Notes: generated from the sequence alone by a model not told the origin. A stretch of 22,030 bases of DNA from Dehalococcoidia bacterium (GCA_030740155.1 JASLXV010000010.1:1-22030), one strand, 5' to 3'; positions 7,243 through 16,441 are shown, numbered from the stretch's first letter. Numbers and translations are program-made.

Positions 7243-9033
7243 TCACTCGCGGACGGTGCCCTTTTTTGGCGAGTCCAGCAACATCCGGTCCAGCATCTCG
7301 GTCAGCTCGGTGATCCGCCTGGAGATGTTAGCCGACAGCTCGCTTCCCCCGCTGGTGAGGGGGTCCGACAGTATCTTCAGCGAGTCGGTCAGCTCATTGA
7401 CCCGGGCGCCAACGGTTTCCGCCACTTCGCGACGGGCGTTGGCCAGCGGCTGGGAGACGGCGCGTAGCGTCTCCGCCAGTTCTCCCACCCGCAGGGAGAG
7501 ATTCTCGCTGAATTCCTTGCTGGTGTTGGACACAGGATCGCCCCAGCCGCGGAGGATCTCGGTGGCCTCGGTGATGCGGGCGGTTATGGTGTCGCCCAAT
7601 TCGCGGCTGGTGGTGGCCAGGCGAAGCCGGTAGGTCCGGAGCATCCGGAACACCCGGCGGTACAGGTCGTCCACCGAGGTCAGCTTGGCCGAGAACTGGT
7701 CGAACAACTCCCGGCTCTCCTGCATCGTCCATCGCTCGTCGTAGTGGACCAGTTGGCGGCCGGTATAGAGTTGGTAGGGCCGCATTTCGCCCTCTTGAAG
7801 GATATCGCCGTTCACGCTCAGCGGCTGCAAGTCATTCCAGTTAGACGTGGCCGGCAGTGGCGTAAGGAAGTTCGCGGTCTGATACTTGCTGATCCCGGTC
7901 ACCCAATCGGCGAACTCCATGATGGATTCTTTGGTGTCGCCCGGCAGGCCGATGATGGTCATCGCCACTACCCCGAACCCCATCTGGTTCATTGTGATCA
8001 GGTCTTTATTCACCTGGCTCGGATCTTGCCGTTTGTTAATCAGCTTCAAGGCTTCAGCGTTGGCCGTCTCCACTCCGACATAGACCATCTTGATGTTGGC
8101 GTCGTACATCGCGTGGGCCAGTTCCGGGTCCTGGCCGATCTCCGCCCGGGCCTGGCAAATCAGGTAGATGCCATCGGTGTGGCCCTTCCATGCCTTGAGC
8201 CTGGCCAGCCTCTCATCGCGGAATTTGACGGCCCGGAGGGGGGGCGGGTGCAGGTCATCGGAAAGGAAGACCTGGAATACCCCATTGCGCGAGGAGTGAA
8301 TCAGGCCGTCTTCCGCCATCTGGCGCAATTGATGTAGCCGCTTGATCTCCGTTTCCCGGGAAACCAGGCGGTACCCCAAGAACTGTTGGATCACCTGGCA
8401 ATAGGTGCAATTCTCGGTACATCCCCGAACGGTCTCCAGCACGCCGCCAGCCATGGGATTGGATGATGTCAGGTCCTTGATCGAGCGAAAATCGGGAAGC
8501 TCCACGAAATCCGGAGAGACCAGCCCCTTGCGGCGGGTCTGGATTATATGTCCATCGCGGCGGAAGCTGATGCCGGGAATCTTTTCCAGGTAGAAGTCCC
8601 GCTCGGTGCCCCGGTAGGTCACCAATACGTCGCAGAGCTGGCCGACGATGTCCTCGGCTTCCCGCTGGACCACCACGTCGAAGTGGCCGTAATCGAAGGC
8701 TTCCTCCGAGAGGGGCCCCATCTGGGGTCCTCCCCCGATGGTGATCAGTTCGGGGTGAAACTGCTTGGCCTGCCGGGCGAGCTGATAACCCCGAGGGGCC
8801 TCGTTGATCAGCGCCGTTACCATCAGGATGTCTACGCCATCGAGGTCTTTATCAGGGTCCAGCAAGCCGGAGCGGTCCTCAAACCAAATCTCCCGCTCGT
8901 AATGGAACGGCCCGTTCCATTGGGCCAAGGCGCCCGAAAGAAACAACATACCCTGGCGAGGGATAGCAATATACTCGAAATTCCCGCCGGCCGAGGCCGG
9001 CTGGATCAGCACAACCCTCTTTGTCCTCGACAT
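7243..9033 (-). CDS. Cobalamin-binding (class B-like) radical SAM protein with C-terminal amphipathic repeat tail
   Basis: N-terminal B12-binding-like domain (ITIGGGPQ, VVQREAE), RGCTENCTYC CX3CX2C motif, SDD, YVGVET, IIGLPGDT, TPLPAT. ATG 9033 preceded by AGGAG. Confidence 0.9.
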   Translation of the reverse strand: MSRTKRVVLIQPASAGGNFEYIAIPRQGMLFLSGALAQWNGPFHYEREIWFEDRSGLLDPDKDLDGVDILMVTALINEAPRGYQLARQAKQFHPELITIGGGPQMGPLSEEAFDYGHFDVVVQREAEDIVGQLCDVLVTYRGTERDFYLEKIPGISFRRDGHIIQTRRKGLVSPDFVELPDFRSIKDLTSSNPMAGGVLETVRGCTENCTYCQVIQQFLGYRLVSRETEIKRLHQLRQMAEDGLIHSSRNGVFQVFLSDDLHPPPLRAVKFRDERLARLKAWKGHTDGIYLICQARAEIGQDPELAHAMYDANIKMVYVGVETANAEALKLINKRQDPSQVNKDLITMNQMGFGVVAMTIIGLPGDTKESIMEFADWVTGISKYQTANFLTPLPATSNWNDLQPLSVNGDILQEGEMRPYQLYTGRQLVHYDERWTMQESRELFDQFSAKLTSVDDLYRRVFRMLRTYRLRLATTSRELGDTITARITEATEILRGWGDPVSNTSKEFSENLSLRVGELAETLRAVSQPLANARREVAETVGARVNELTDSLKILSDPLTSGGSELSANISRRITELTEMLDRMLLDSPKKGTVRE

Positions 9034-9337
9034 TGTCACTCCTGTCCTTCTCAGCCCCGAGTCTTCCCCGCACGGTGCAGCCCCGCGATGTTCCACTGGT
9101 CTCAAAGGGAGAGAAGCATTCCCGGCCGTTCAGCTACTGGAGATTGGCCGGTGCAACGACAAGTTCCACCAAGTCAGTTTACCATTATACCCCATACGCC
9201 GCCGTAAACACACGGCTTTTCGTCGGCCGACGAGTCCAATTCCCAGGAGCAGGGCGGCAGCAAAGCTGCGCCGGCCTGCTCCGGCCCGATAGCGAGAGGG
9301 CAACCCCTGGTTTTCGACCTGCCATAGAAACCATCGA

Positions 9338-9539
9338 GCCACGGCCGCCCGGTTGGGCCTTGCCCCAAAAGCCCTCTGGACAATGTCACCCCGAGTGATA
9401 CGAGGGGTCAGATGCGGCGGTTCCTGGCTCCAACCAAGGAACCCCCCACTAGATTCCTCGTCGCTTCGCTCCTCGGAATGACAGTTTTGCGGCCAAGGCC
9501 GCCCGGTTGGTTCCGGCTCCGTCTCGGGCCCTGGACAAT
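9338..9539. repeat. Palindromic RPE/MITE-like element (9384-9483) between two ~47-bp imperfect direct repeats
   Basis: Arms TGTCACCCCGAGTGATACGAGGGGTC and AGATTCCTCGTCGCTTCGCTCCTCGGAATGACA (reverse translates CHSEERSDEES). Flanks GCCAmGGCCGCCCGGTTGG...CTGGACAAT at 9338-9384 and 9492-9539. Confidence 0.75.
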
Positions 9540-9630
9540 CCCGGTGCCTCGCCGGTCCCCCTGGGAGGGCCCGGCGGCATGACAAACCGTAAAGCCTTGA
9601 CGCCCCGCACCCGGGCGGAGCCATTTTCCC

Positions 9631-10584
9631 CTAGGCGGAGCCTTTTTGAAAGTGAGGAATGATCTCCTTGGCGATAGTCTCGAGGTGTCTGGCCCGGTCC
9701 TCTTGGCGGCAGGAGATGCTGAACATGATGTACCGGGCTCCGGCGTCGATATACTCCTGGATGCGGTCGATACAGTGAGTCACGGTCCCCGCGGCGGCAT
9801 AGTCACGAACTATTTCGGCGAAGTCGCGGCCGTGCTGGTAACGGCCCCCCATCTCCTCGGCGGCGACTTCGATGGCCTCTTCCTGGGTGGGGTAGATCGT
9901 GGTGTGAAGGTAGCAAGCCCACTGGAAATTGGACAGGTCCCGGCCCTCCACGCGGGCATACTCGATGATCTTCCCCACGCTGTCCCGGTACCGCTCCGGG
10001 CTGTAGAAGTAGGGAAACCAGCCATCGCCGTGGCGTACCGCCCGGAGCATGGCCACGTCCCGCCTCCCGGAAACCCATACGGGGGGATGGGGCTTCTGAA
10101 CCGGAGGCGGGTTGATTGCCACGTCCTTGAGATTGAAGTGGCGCCCTTCAAAGGTTACCTGTTCGCCTTTCCACAGGCGGTGCAGCACCTCCAGGCACTC
10201 GTTGGTCCGCCGGCCCCGCTGCTTTACGTTCAGCCCGGCGGCCTCGAACTCCACGGGGTACTCACCCCCTACGCCGACGCCCAGGGTGAGCCGTCCGCCG
10301 CTGGCCATGTCCAAGCTGGCGGTCACCCTGGCCAGCACCGTGGGATGGTAAAAGGGGACCAGGATGACGGCGGATAGCACCCGGAGGGTTTCGGTCGCGC
10401 CCGCGGCCACCGCCATCACCGGCAGGCTGGCGTGGGTGGGTTGGGGTGGACTGCCCCGCATGAAGTGCTCCCCGGCGGCGATGTACTCGTAGCCGCCCAG
10501 CTCCTCCATCCATCTGGCCTGCTTGGCAACATCCGCCACGCCCAGGGCAATATTCGCTCCGAAATGCAACTCAGGTTGCGCCAT
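9631..10584 (-). CDS. LLM-class (luciferase-like) flavin-dependent oxidoreductase, possibly F420-dependent
   Basis: GEHF, YHPTVLARVTASLDMASGGRLTLGVGVG, PPPVQKPHPPVWVSG, HGDGW. ATG 10584 with GAGGT upstream. Confidence 0.93.
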   Translation of the reverse strand: MAQPELHFGANIALGVADVAKQARWMEELGGYEYIAAGEHFMRGSPPQPTHASLPVMAVAAGATETLRVLSAVILVPFYHPTVLARVTASLDMASGGRLTLGVGVGGEYPVEFEAAGLNVKQRGRRTNECLEVLHRLWKGEQVTFEGRHFNLKDVAINPPPVQKPHPPVWVSGRRDVAMLRAVRHGDGWFPYFYSPERYRDSVGKIIEYARVEGRDLSNFQWACYLHTTIYPTQEEAIEVAAEEMGGRYQHGRDFAEIVRDYAAAGTVTHCIDRIQEYIDAGARYIMFSISCRQEDRARHLETIAKEIIPHFQKGSA

Positions 10585-10891
10585 CAACTGCCGTACCTCA
10601 TGAGAGGATTCCTGCCATCCATCACCCCACTGCTACCCGGTGGCAGGTCGCGTTTATGTTACAGGAACGTGTCAAGGGCGTCACCCCCGGCCAGGGGCGG
10701 CGGCCTATGCGGCGGCTCGGGCCGGATGCCCCCAGGCCGCTTTGGTGTTGCCGGGACGATAAATGGGACGGTACATAGATGGATGTCGCTTCGAGCCAGC
10801 CGAAGCGGCGAATTGGCGGAATTCACCGCTTTCACTCTCTATGATAGGGAGAAGGATCGGCAAGGGTGGATCTCTACCCTCTCGCCCCGCG

Positions 10892-12151
10892 TTACCGCCC
10901 CGCACCGAAAGCCCGGCGGGGTTTGAATGAAGGCATCGCCAGGGAAATCAGGAAGCCCAGAAAGAACAAGGCGGCGGCATAATAGAAGGCGGCAGAAAAA
11001 CCCCAGATCTCGGCCAGTCCTCCGGCGATGACCGGGGAAGCCGCCCCAAACAGGGCATTATTGCCCCACATCACGCCGATGGCGGTCCCTTCAAGGCCAC
11101 GGCCCTCGGTAAGGTCGATGGCCATCACCTGGGTCAGCGAGTTCACCGAGAAGAAGAATATCCCGAAAACCACTACCGATACGGTCAATCCCAGCTGACT
11201 GCCGGGCCACACCATGGTTATCGGCAAGATTGTGGACACCAGCATGATGCCGACAATCAAGGGCTTACGCCCGGCCCGGTCTGACACGAACCCGAGTATG
11301 GGGCCCGCGACGATGCCCATTGCCGCCAACAGGCCCACGTGAAAGCCCACGGCAACATCTCCCATGCCCAGGTTCTCTTCCATGTAGAAGGGCAGGTACA
11401 GAATCAACGCCCGGTCTCCCATACCCCTGATCGCCGAAACCAGCATCACCGAAATCATCCCGGTCCCGCTGAAAGATCGGCCAGCGATTCTGAACTGGCC
11501 CGTCAGGCGGCGCCAGAAATTCTCCCCCTCTGCCGTTGGGCTTCCGGTGCGGCGCAGGAACACGGCGATGGCCAGGAACAGCGGCAGGATGAGGACCAAT
11601 CCGTACCGGAGTATCAGCTGCCAGGAAATGGTCACCAGCAGCGCTCCCACGATGACGGGACCGATGAAGTCACCCAGGCTGCCGGTGGAGCGGTGGAGAG
11701 ATACCACCAGCCCTTTGCGTTCCGGGAAGCGCTCGGCCAGCATCCCCAGGGCCGGCGGGTGCCATAGGCCGCTGCCGGCTGAACCCAACATCACGGCCAC
11801 CACCACCAGGGCGAAGGCGCTTCCCACCACGGAAGCCAGGAAGTACCCGAGGCCTATAACGAGCATGGCAATGGCCAGCATCTGCCCCCGCCGGTGGTGA
11901 TACATGTCTACCAGGATGCCGGAGGAGAGGGCGATGAGGCCGGAGGAAATCTGGCGGGAGGCGTCGATGAGTCCGGCGAAGATGGGGGAGAGGCCCAAGG
12001 TGGCGGTGATGTGGGGCAGCAGGACAATGAAGCCCCGGGAGTAGATGTGCTCGACGGTATGGGCTCCGATGACCCCGGCGGCCATGGCCCGGTCTCGGCC
12101 GCCGCTGGCCCTGGCACGGGATACTACCCCGCTTTCTGCTGCTTGCGCCAT
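10892..12151 (-). CDS. MFS transporter (fosmidomycin-resistance Fsr-like)
   Basis: About 12 hydrophobic segments, GLWHPPA, FPERKG and motif A in the second half (GFVSDRAGRK). ATG 12151 is preferred over TTG 12277. Confidence 0.9.
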   Translation of the reverse strand: MAQAAESGVVSRARASGGRDRAMAAGVIGAHTVEHIYSRGFIVLLPHITATLGLSPIFAGLIDASRQISSGLIALSSGILVDMYHHRRGQMLAIAMLVIGLGYFLASVVGSAFALVVVAVMLGSAGSGLWHPPALGMLAERFPERKGLVVSLHRSTGSLGDFIGPVIVGALLVTISWQLILRYGLVLILPLFLAIAVFLRRTGSPTAEGENFWRRLTGQFRIAGRSFSGTGMISVMLVSAIRGMGDRALILYLPFYMEENLGMGDVAVGFHVGLLAAMGIVAGPILGFVSDRAGRKPLIVGIMLVSTILPITMVWPGSQLGLTVSVVVFGIFFFSVNSLTQVMAIDLTEGRGLEGTAIGVMWGNNALFGAASPVIAGGLAEIWGFSAAFYYAAALFFLGFLISLAMPSFKPRRAFGAGR

Positions 12152-12489
12152 GTTGAAGTACCTACCCTGCGCCCGTCCGGAATATTCGGACCCGTCCCAG
12201 AATACTCTGAAGGGAAACGCGCCCTTCAGGCCGGGCCTCCCCGGAAAGGCCTCGTCCTTGCTTTTCCGGGCCGCCAAGCCGTGAAGTCAAGAATCACGTG
12301 GAAGCGAGTATACACCGGCGGGAGGGGTTAGCACCCGAATCAAGGGCAACCAAGGGCTTCCCGGTTCCACCGGCCCCCTGGGGGTGTGAAAGGCCGGGCT
12401 CCTCTAGCTTCAAGAAGCCCTCCGGGCTCAAGGACGACCCGGCTGCCGGTTCTTCCTCGAGCCCGGCGATGGTTCAGAAGGGGTGTCGG

Positions 12490-13677
12490 CTACCAGGCGG
12501 ACCTCAAAACCGACATGATGGGCCCGGCGTCGGCGATGGGCTTCGGGTTGGTGGCCAGCGCCCGGTCGTGGAGGGTCGCGGCGGCGATCAGTTCCAACCC
12601 CTCTGCCGGCACCCCAACTTCCCGGAGGGTGGCCGGGATATTCAGCTGCCGGCACAGCCGGTCCACCGCATCGGCCGCCGCCAGACCCGCCTCCTCGTCG
12701 CTCAGACCGCCGGTGTCGATCCCCATGGCCTTGGCGATCAACGCCTGCCTGTCCGCGCTGGCGTCCAGGTTGTAGCGCATGGTGTGGGGCAGCAGGATGG
12801 CGTTGGCCTCCCCATGGTTCACCCGGTACAGAGCGCCGGTCTGATGGGCCATGGCGGTGTTCAAGCCCAGGCCGGCGGCCCCGGCCAGGGCGGCCAGCAA
12901 CGCCGCCGTCTTGATGTTCAGCAGGCCGTCCAGGTCTCTCTCCGGGCAGCCGGGCAGGTGGCGCACCAGGCCCTCGATGGCGTGCAGGCCGAAGGCGTCG
13001 GCGATGGGGTGGTGGGTCCGGGAGTACACGCTCTCGATGGCAATCCGGAGCTGGCCGATGGCGGTGGACACGAGGATGGGCATCGGCGTGGTGGCCAGGG
13101 CCTTCCCGTCGACGATCACGGCTTTGTGCCCGGCTCCCTTCCCGGACATCAGCACCTTTCGGCCCAGGGCCTTGTCGGTCAGGCCGCCCCCTCCCCTGGT
13201 AAGCTCCGCGCCCCCCATGGTGGTCGGCACGCTGATGATGGGCGGCCTCCCAGACGGCAGGTCGGGGATGAACACATGGTCCGGCGGCTTGAAGCGAATC
13301 TCGAAGTCGTGGAGGTCACGGCCCCCGGCCAGCAGAATGGCGATCCCTTTGCACGTATCGTGGGTGCTTCCGCCCCCGACGCTCACCAGGGCATCGGGCC
13401 GCAGCTCTTTGGCCAAGGCGCCGGCTTCGTAGACGACCTCCATGGGCGAGTGGGGCTCGATCGCGGAAAACAGGCCCACGCACCGGTCGCCCAGCGCCTC
13501 CTGCACCCGCTGCACCACATTCGACTCCCGCAGAATGTTGGGGCCGCAGACTACCATGGGCCGGGAAACCCCCAGCCGGTCCAGCGAGGCATTCATGCCG
13601 GAGATGGAGTCTGGGCCGCAGACGATCTCTTGCGCGACGCTGTTGTAGCTGAATTGCAACACTTTGTCCAAAGCCAT
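12490..13677 (-). CDS. Iron-containing ADH superfamily oxidoreductase (maleylacetate reductase-like), metal site degenerate
   Basis: VGGGSTHDTCK NAD(P) motif, SVPTTMGGAE, HGEANAILLP, NPKP. ATG 13677 preceded by GAGAGG. Confidence 0.88.
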   Translation of the reverse strand: MALDKVLQFSYNSVAQEIVCGPDSISGMNASLDRLGVSRPMVVCGPNILRESNVVQRVQEALGDRCVGLFSAIEPHSPMEVVYEAGALAKELRPDALVSVGGGSTHDTCKGIAILLAGGRDLHDFEIRFKPPDHVFIPDLPSGRPPIISVPTTMGGAELTRGGGGLTDKALGRKVLMSGKGAGHKAVIVDGKALATTPMPILVSTAIGQLRIAIESVYSRTHHPIADAFGLHAIEGLVRHLPGCPERDLDGLLNIKTAALLAALAGAAGLGLNTAMAHQTGALYRVNHGEANAILLPHTMRYNLDASADRQALIAKAMGIDTGGLSDEEAGLAAADAVDRLCRQLNIPATLREVGVPAEGLELIAAATLHDRALATNPKPIADAGPIMSVLRSAW

Positions 13678-13851
13678 ATCCAGTGCCTCTCCCCGGAGCA
13701 GGTTGTCCACTTACCCGGCGCCCATGTTGATAACGTTCTTGGTTTCGGAGCGCAGTTCCCGGCCGGGCCTGACCCGCTGGATGGCCGCGGCGCAGAGGGC
13801 TGGTCGACCAGCTTCCAGCCCTTCGATGTTCTCGGGACCGGGCCGCGGCGG

Positions 13852-15555
13852 TTATTGCCGGGCCAGCCGCTCCAGTTCCACCGCGAACCACAGGGCCATG
13901 CCGCCGCTGCGGTCGTCGATTCCGGAGACCGCCGGGCGGTCCAGGTACTCCCTGAGGTTGCCCTGCACCCCAGTGTTGGTGCAGGCGTCCACCACGTTCC
14001 CCTCATCGTCGATGCGCTCGGTCACACCCTGCCATCCGTGCCGCACCGATTCCAGGAAGGAATCGTCCAGCCAACCCCGGCGTAGGCCTCTGGTCATGGC
14101 GTACCCAAACATACAGGTGGCGGTGAACTCCTGGTAGGAGCCGGGCACATCCAGCACCTGGGGGAACATCCCAGACGGCTGTTGGTACCGGCGCACCGCG
14201 TCCATTTGCTTCAAGTACATCGACAGGATCGCGGCCCGGCTGGGATGCTCTTCGGGCAAATGGGTCAAGGTTTCGGACAGGCCCATGGCGGCGAAGCCGT
14301 TGCCCCTGCCCCAGAAGAAGGGTACCGGCCGGCAATGCCAGAACAGGCCGCTTTCCTGCTGGATGCCGCCGTCTCCCAGGAACCGGGTCAGCAGCTCCAG
14401 GTACCTCTCGTCGCCGGTGATGTCGAAGGCGCGGCCCAATATCGCCCCGTTCATGAACATATCTTCGGTCCGGAAATCCGGGTCCGACGGAGGCGGCGCG
14501 GCGCCGGGGTCTCCGGCCTGGTAGCGGTCCGCCACGTTCACTATCAGTTGGGACCAGCGGCGGTCTCCGGTAGCCTCGGCCAGTTCGGCTCCCCAGAGGA
14601 CCCCGGCCAGGTTCGATGGCCTGGGCTGGTCGCCGAAGGGATCACTGGCTCCTAGCCTGCTCTCGTCGAGCATCGAGGCTATCTCCAGAGCGACGCCAGG
14701 GCCGGTGGGGCCCAACTGGGCCAACCGAAGGCGTCCGCTGATGGGGACACCCTGGGTGTAGACGACGGGGTCCAGATGGCGGCCGTAGGCCGTGTCGAGG
14801 ATACTTGCCACCCGCAGCTTCGACCGGGAGCGCCGGGAGTCGAGGGCGTGCCGTGCCGGGGAAGGTCCCCAGTCCGGGAACTGGGTGACAAGGCTCCAAA
14901 GGCGGCCCAACTCGCCGGATACATGATGGGCCGGAGCCGTCAGGCGTAGGCCGGGGATTGCGCCCAGGCCGTTGGGATTTCCAGTTCCCAGAGCGGCCAG
15001 CAACGAGCCGTCATCCCGTAACGGCATGGCGCCAACGGCGGGCGCCATGAGGCCGGCGCTCTGGTTCGCTTCCCACCGTGTATGGTTCCCGGATCGTAAC
15101 TCGAGCACCAGGTCTGGGGCTTGGAAGCCTACCCAACGCCAGAGGTGCCGTGTTTCAGGGTTTTGCTGGTCATGGAAATAATTACCCTCCGAGGGGTACC
15201 CGGTGGAGGGGTCGCCGCCCGCGCCGTTGCCGGGGTCCGCGTCAGCCGCCAGCCCGTCGGGGTTGCCGCAGGGTACCGCGCTGAGGGCTATCTCGCTCGC
15301 CAACTGGGGGCCGCCGGCGGCAAAAACCCCCAGGGCCCGCACCGCCTGGGCCACGTCGTCGGGCCGGCCGGACAGGCCGGACACCAGCAGCACCCGGGCG
15401 CGGCTGGTGGCGGGGACATAGGCGTCGCCGTCGAGAAGCGCGGGGATCTCCCGCTCCGAGCGGGTGACCCCGCAGGCCGACCGGGTCCACCGGCCCCGTC
15501 CTCTCCGGACCAGCGAGTCCAAGGAGGCGACCAGGTCATCGATGCGGTCAGTCAT
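13852..15555 (-). CDS. Fusion of degenerate M14 zinc-carboxypeptidase-like domain and GH88/GH105 unsaturated glycuronyl hydrolase-like domain
   Basis: N-half AVPCGNPDG and NPETRHLW...PDLVLELRS (M14-like). C-half EDMFM, GLFWH, FWGRGNGF, QQPSGMFPQVLD, EFTATCMFGYA (GH88/105-like). Confidence 0.75.
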   Translation of the reverse strand: MTDRIDDLVASLDSLVRRGRGRWTRSACGVTRSEREIPALLDGDAYVPATSRARVLLVSGLSGRPDDVAQAVRALGVFAAGGPQLASEIALSAVPCGNPDGLAADADPGNGAGGDPSTGYPSEGNYFHDQQNPETRHLWRWVGFQAPDLVLELRSGNHTRWEANQSAGLMAPAVGAMPLRDDGSLLAALGTGNPNGLGAIPGLRLTAPAHHVSGELGRLWSLVTQFPDWGPSPARHALDSRRSRSKLRVASILDTAYGRHLDPVVYTQGVPISGRLRLAQLGPTGPGVALEIASMLDESRLGASDPFGDQPRPSNLAGVLWGAELAEATGDRRWSQLIVNVADRYQAGDPGAAPPPSDPDFRTEDMFMNGAILGRAFDITGDERYLELLTRFLGDGGIQQESGLFWHCRPVPFFWGRGNGFAAMGLSETLTHLPEEHPSRAAILSMYLKQMDAVRRYQQPSGMFPQVLDVPGSYQEFTATCMFGYAMTRGLRRGWLDDSFLESVRHGWQGVTERIDDEGNVVDACTNTGVQGNLREYLDRPAVSGIDDRSGGMALWFAVELERLARQ

Positions 15556-15585
15556 GGCAGGTGTCCGGGCCTTCGAGTGCGTCTA

Positions 15586-16347
15586 TCACTTCTGCACAAT
15601 ATCGATGTTGACGGGCCGGATGCCGCTGACGGTAAAGGTCAACGAGGCTATCCCCGAACCCTCGGTACTGTTGTAGACTTCGATGTTGGACGGGCCGTGC
15701 AGGTAGTTGATCTCCTCCCCTTCGAGCCTGAAGGGGCGGTCGTGGCCGGGATAGAAGACCTTAGACGAGTGGACCATTTTTTCGACGCTCGCCCTGGCGT
15801 CCTCCACGTCCCAGAAGACGTTGTAGGGAAGCCCGCGCAGGACCGTGCCGCTGTCGGGCAAGGCGTCGCCGGCCAGGAGGATTTCCTCATCGCCGTCGCT
15901 GACGAGGATGCTTATGTGGCCCTTGGTGTGGCCCGGCGTGTCGATGACCGAGACGCCTTCGGCGATGGAGTCGCCATCGGAAACGAGATCGATCTTGGCC
16001 TTGTCCAGCGTTTCGGCAACGTACCAGGCCACGGCAAAGTCGCCCCGGTTCGGATTGCGGGCGTAGTCCAACTCAGTGGGATGGACCAGGATTCGCGCGT
16101 TGCGGAACAGGTCCGTGTTCTGACAGTGGTCCCAATGCAGGTGGGTGAGGATGACGGTATCGATATCGTCAGGCGTGAGGTTCCGGGTCTGCAACGCCTT
16201 GAACAGCAACCCCCGGCGGGATGCCGGCCCGGTATCGACGACAATGTTCCGGTTCCCAACCTTCAGCAGGGAAATGGTCGAGTAGCCAAACGAGCCCTGG
16301 TCGGTATTGAGGCCGAAGCCGTAGGTCAGCACTTCCAGGTCCGGCAT
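15586..16347 (-). CDS. Metallo-beta-lactamase-fold hydrolase (AHL-lactonase-like family)
   Basis: VDTG, THLHWDH (HxHxDH), TPGHTKGH, LAGDA, PGHD; ATG preceded by AAAGGAGG. Confidence 0.92.
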   Translation of the reverse strand: MPDLEVLTYGFGLNTDQGSFGYSTISLLKVGNRNIVVDTGPASRRGLLFKALQTRNLTPDDIDTVILTHLHWDHCQNTDLFRNARILVHPTELDYARNPNRGDFAVAWYVAETLDKAKIDLVSDGDSIAEGVSVIDTPGHTKGHISILVSDGDEEILLAGDALPDSGTVLRGLPYNVFWDVEDARASVEKMVHSSKVFYPGHDRPFRLEGEEINYLHGPSNIEVYNSTEGSGIASLTFTVSGIRPVNIDIVQK

Positions 16348-16408
16348 TGGTCGGCGCCTCCTTTGGACGGTGTATCGTGGAAAGAGTCGGCGTTTCTTTG
16401 GGTGGTGG

Positions 16409-16441
16409 AAATCCCCCCAACCCCCCTTTACGAAAGGGGGG
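16409..16441. repeat. Short palindromic intergenic element (C6T3-acg-A3G6 hairpin)
   Basis: AAATCCCCCCAACCCCCCTTTACGAAAGGGGGG with a perfect 9-bp stem at 16421-16441, downstream of the small membrane-protein gene. Confidence 0.65.

Noticed and set aside
9130..9624. 164-aa minus-strand ORF upstream of the radical SAM gene
   Set aside because: Runs through the palindromic element (CHSEERSDEES) and repeats; composition is not protein-like.
10600..10890. Possible riboswitch or promoter upstream of the LLM gene (TTGACA at 10675-10670, minus strand)
   Set aside because: No -10 at 16-18-bp spacing and no recognisable aptamer consensus.
12298..14085. 595-aa plus-strand ORF
   Set aside because: Antisense shadow of the ADH-like and GH genes; no recognisable motifs, and long stop-free antisense frames are expected at high GC.
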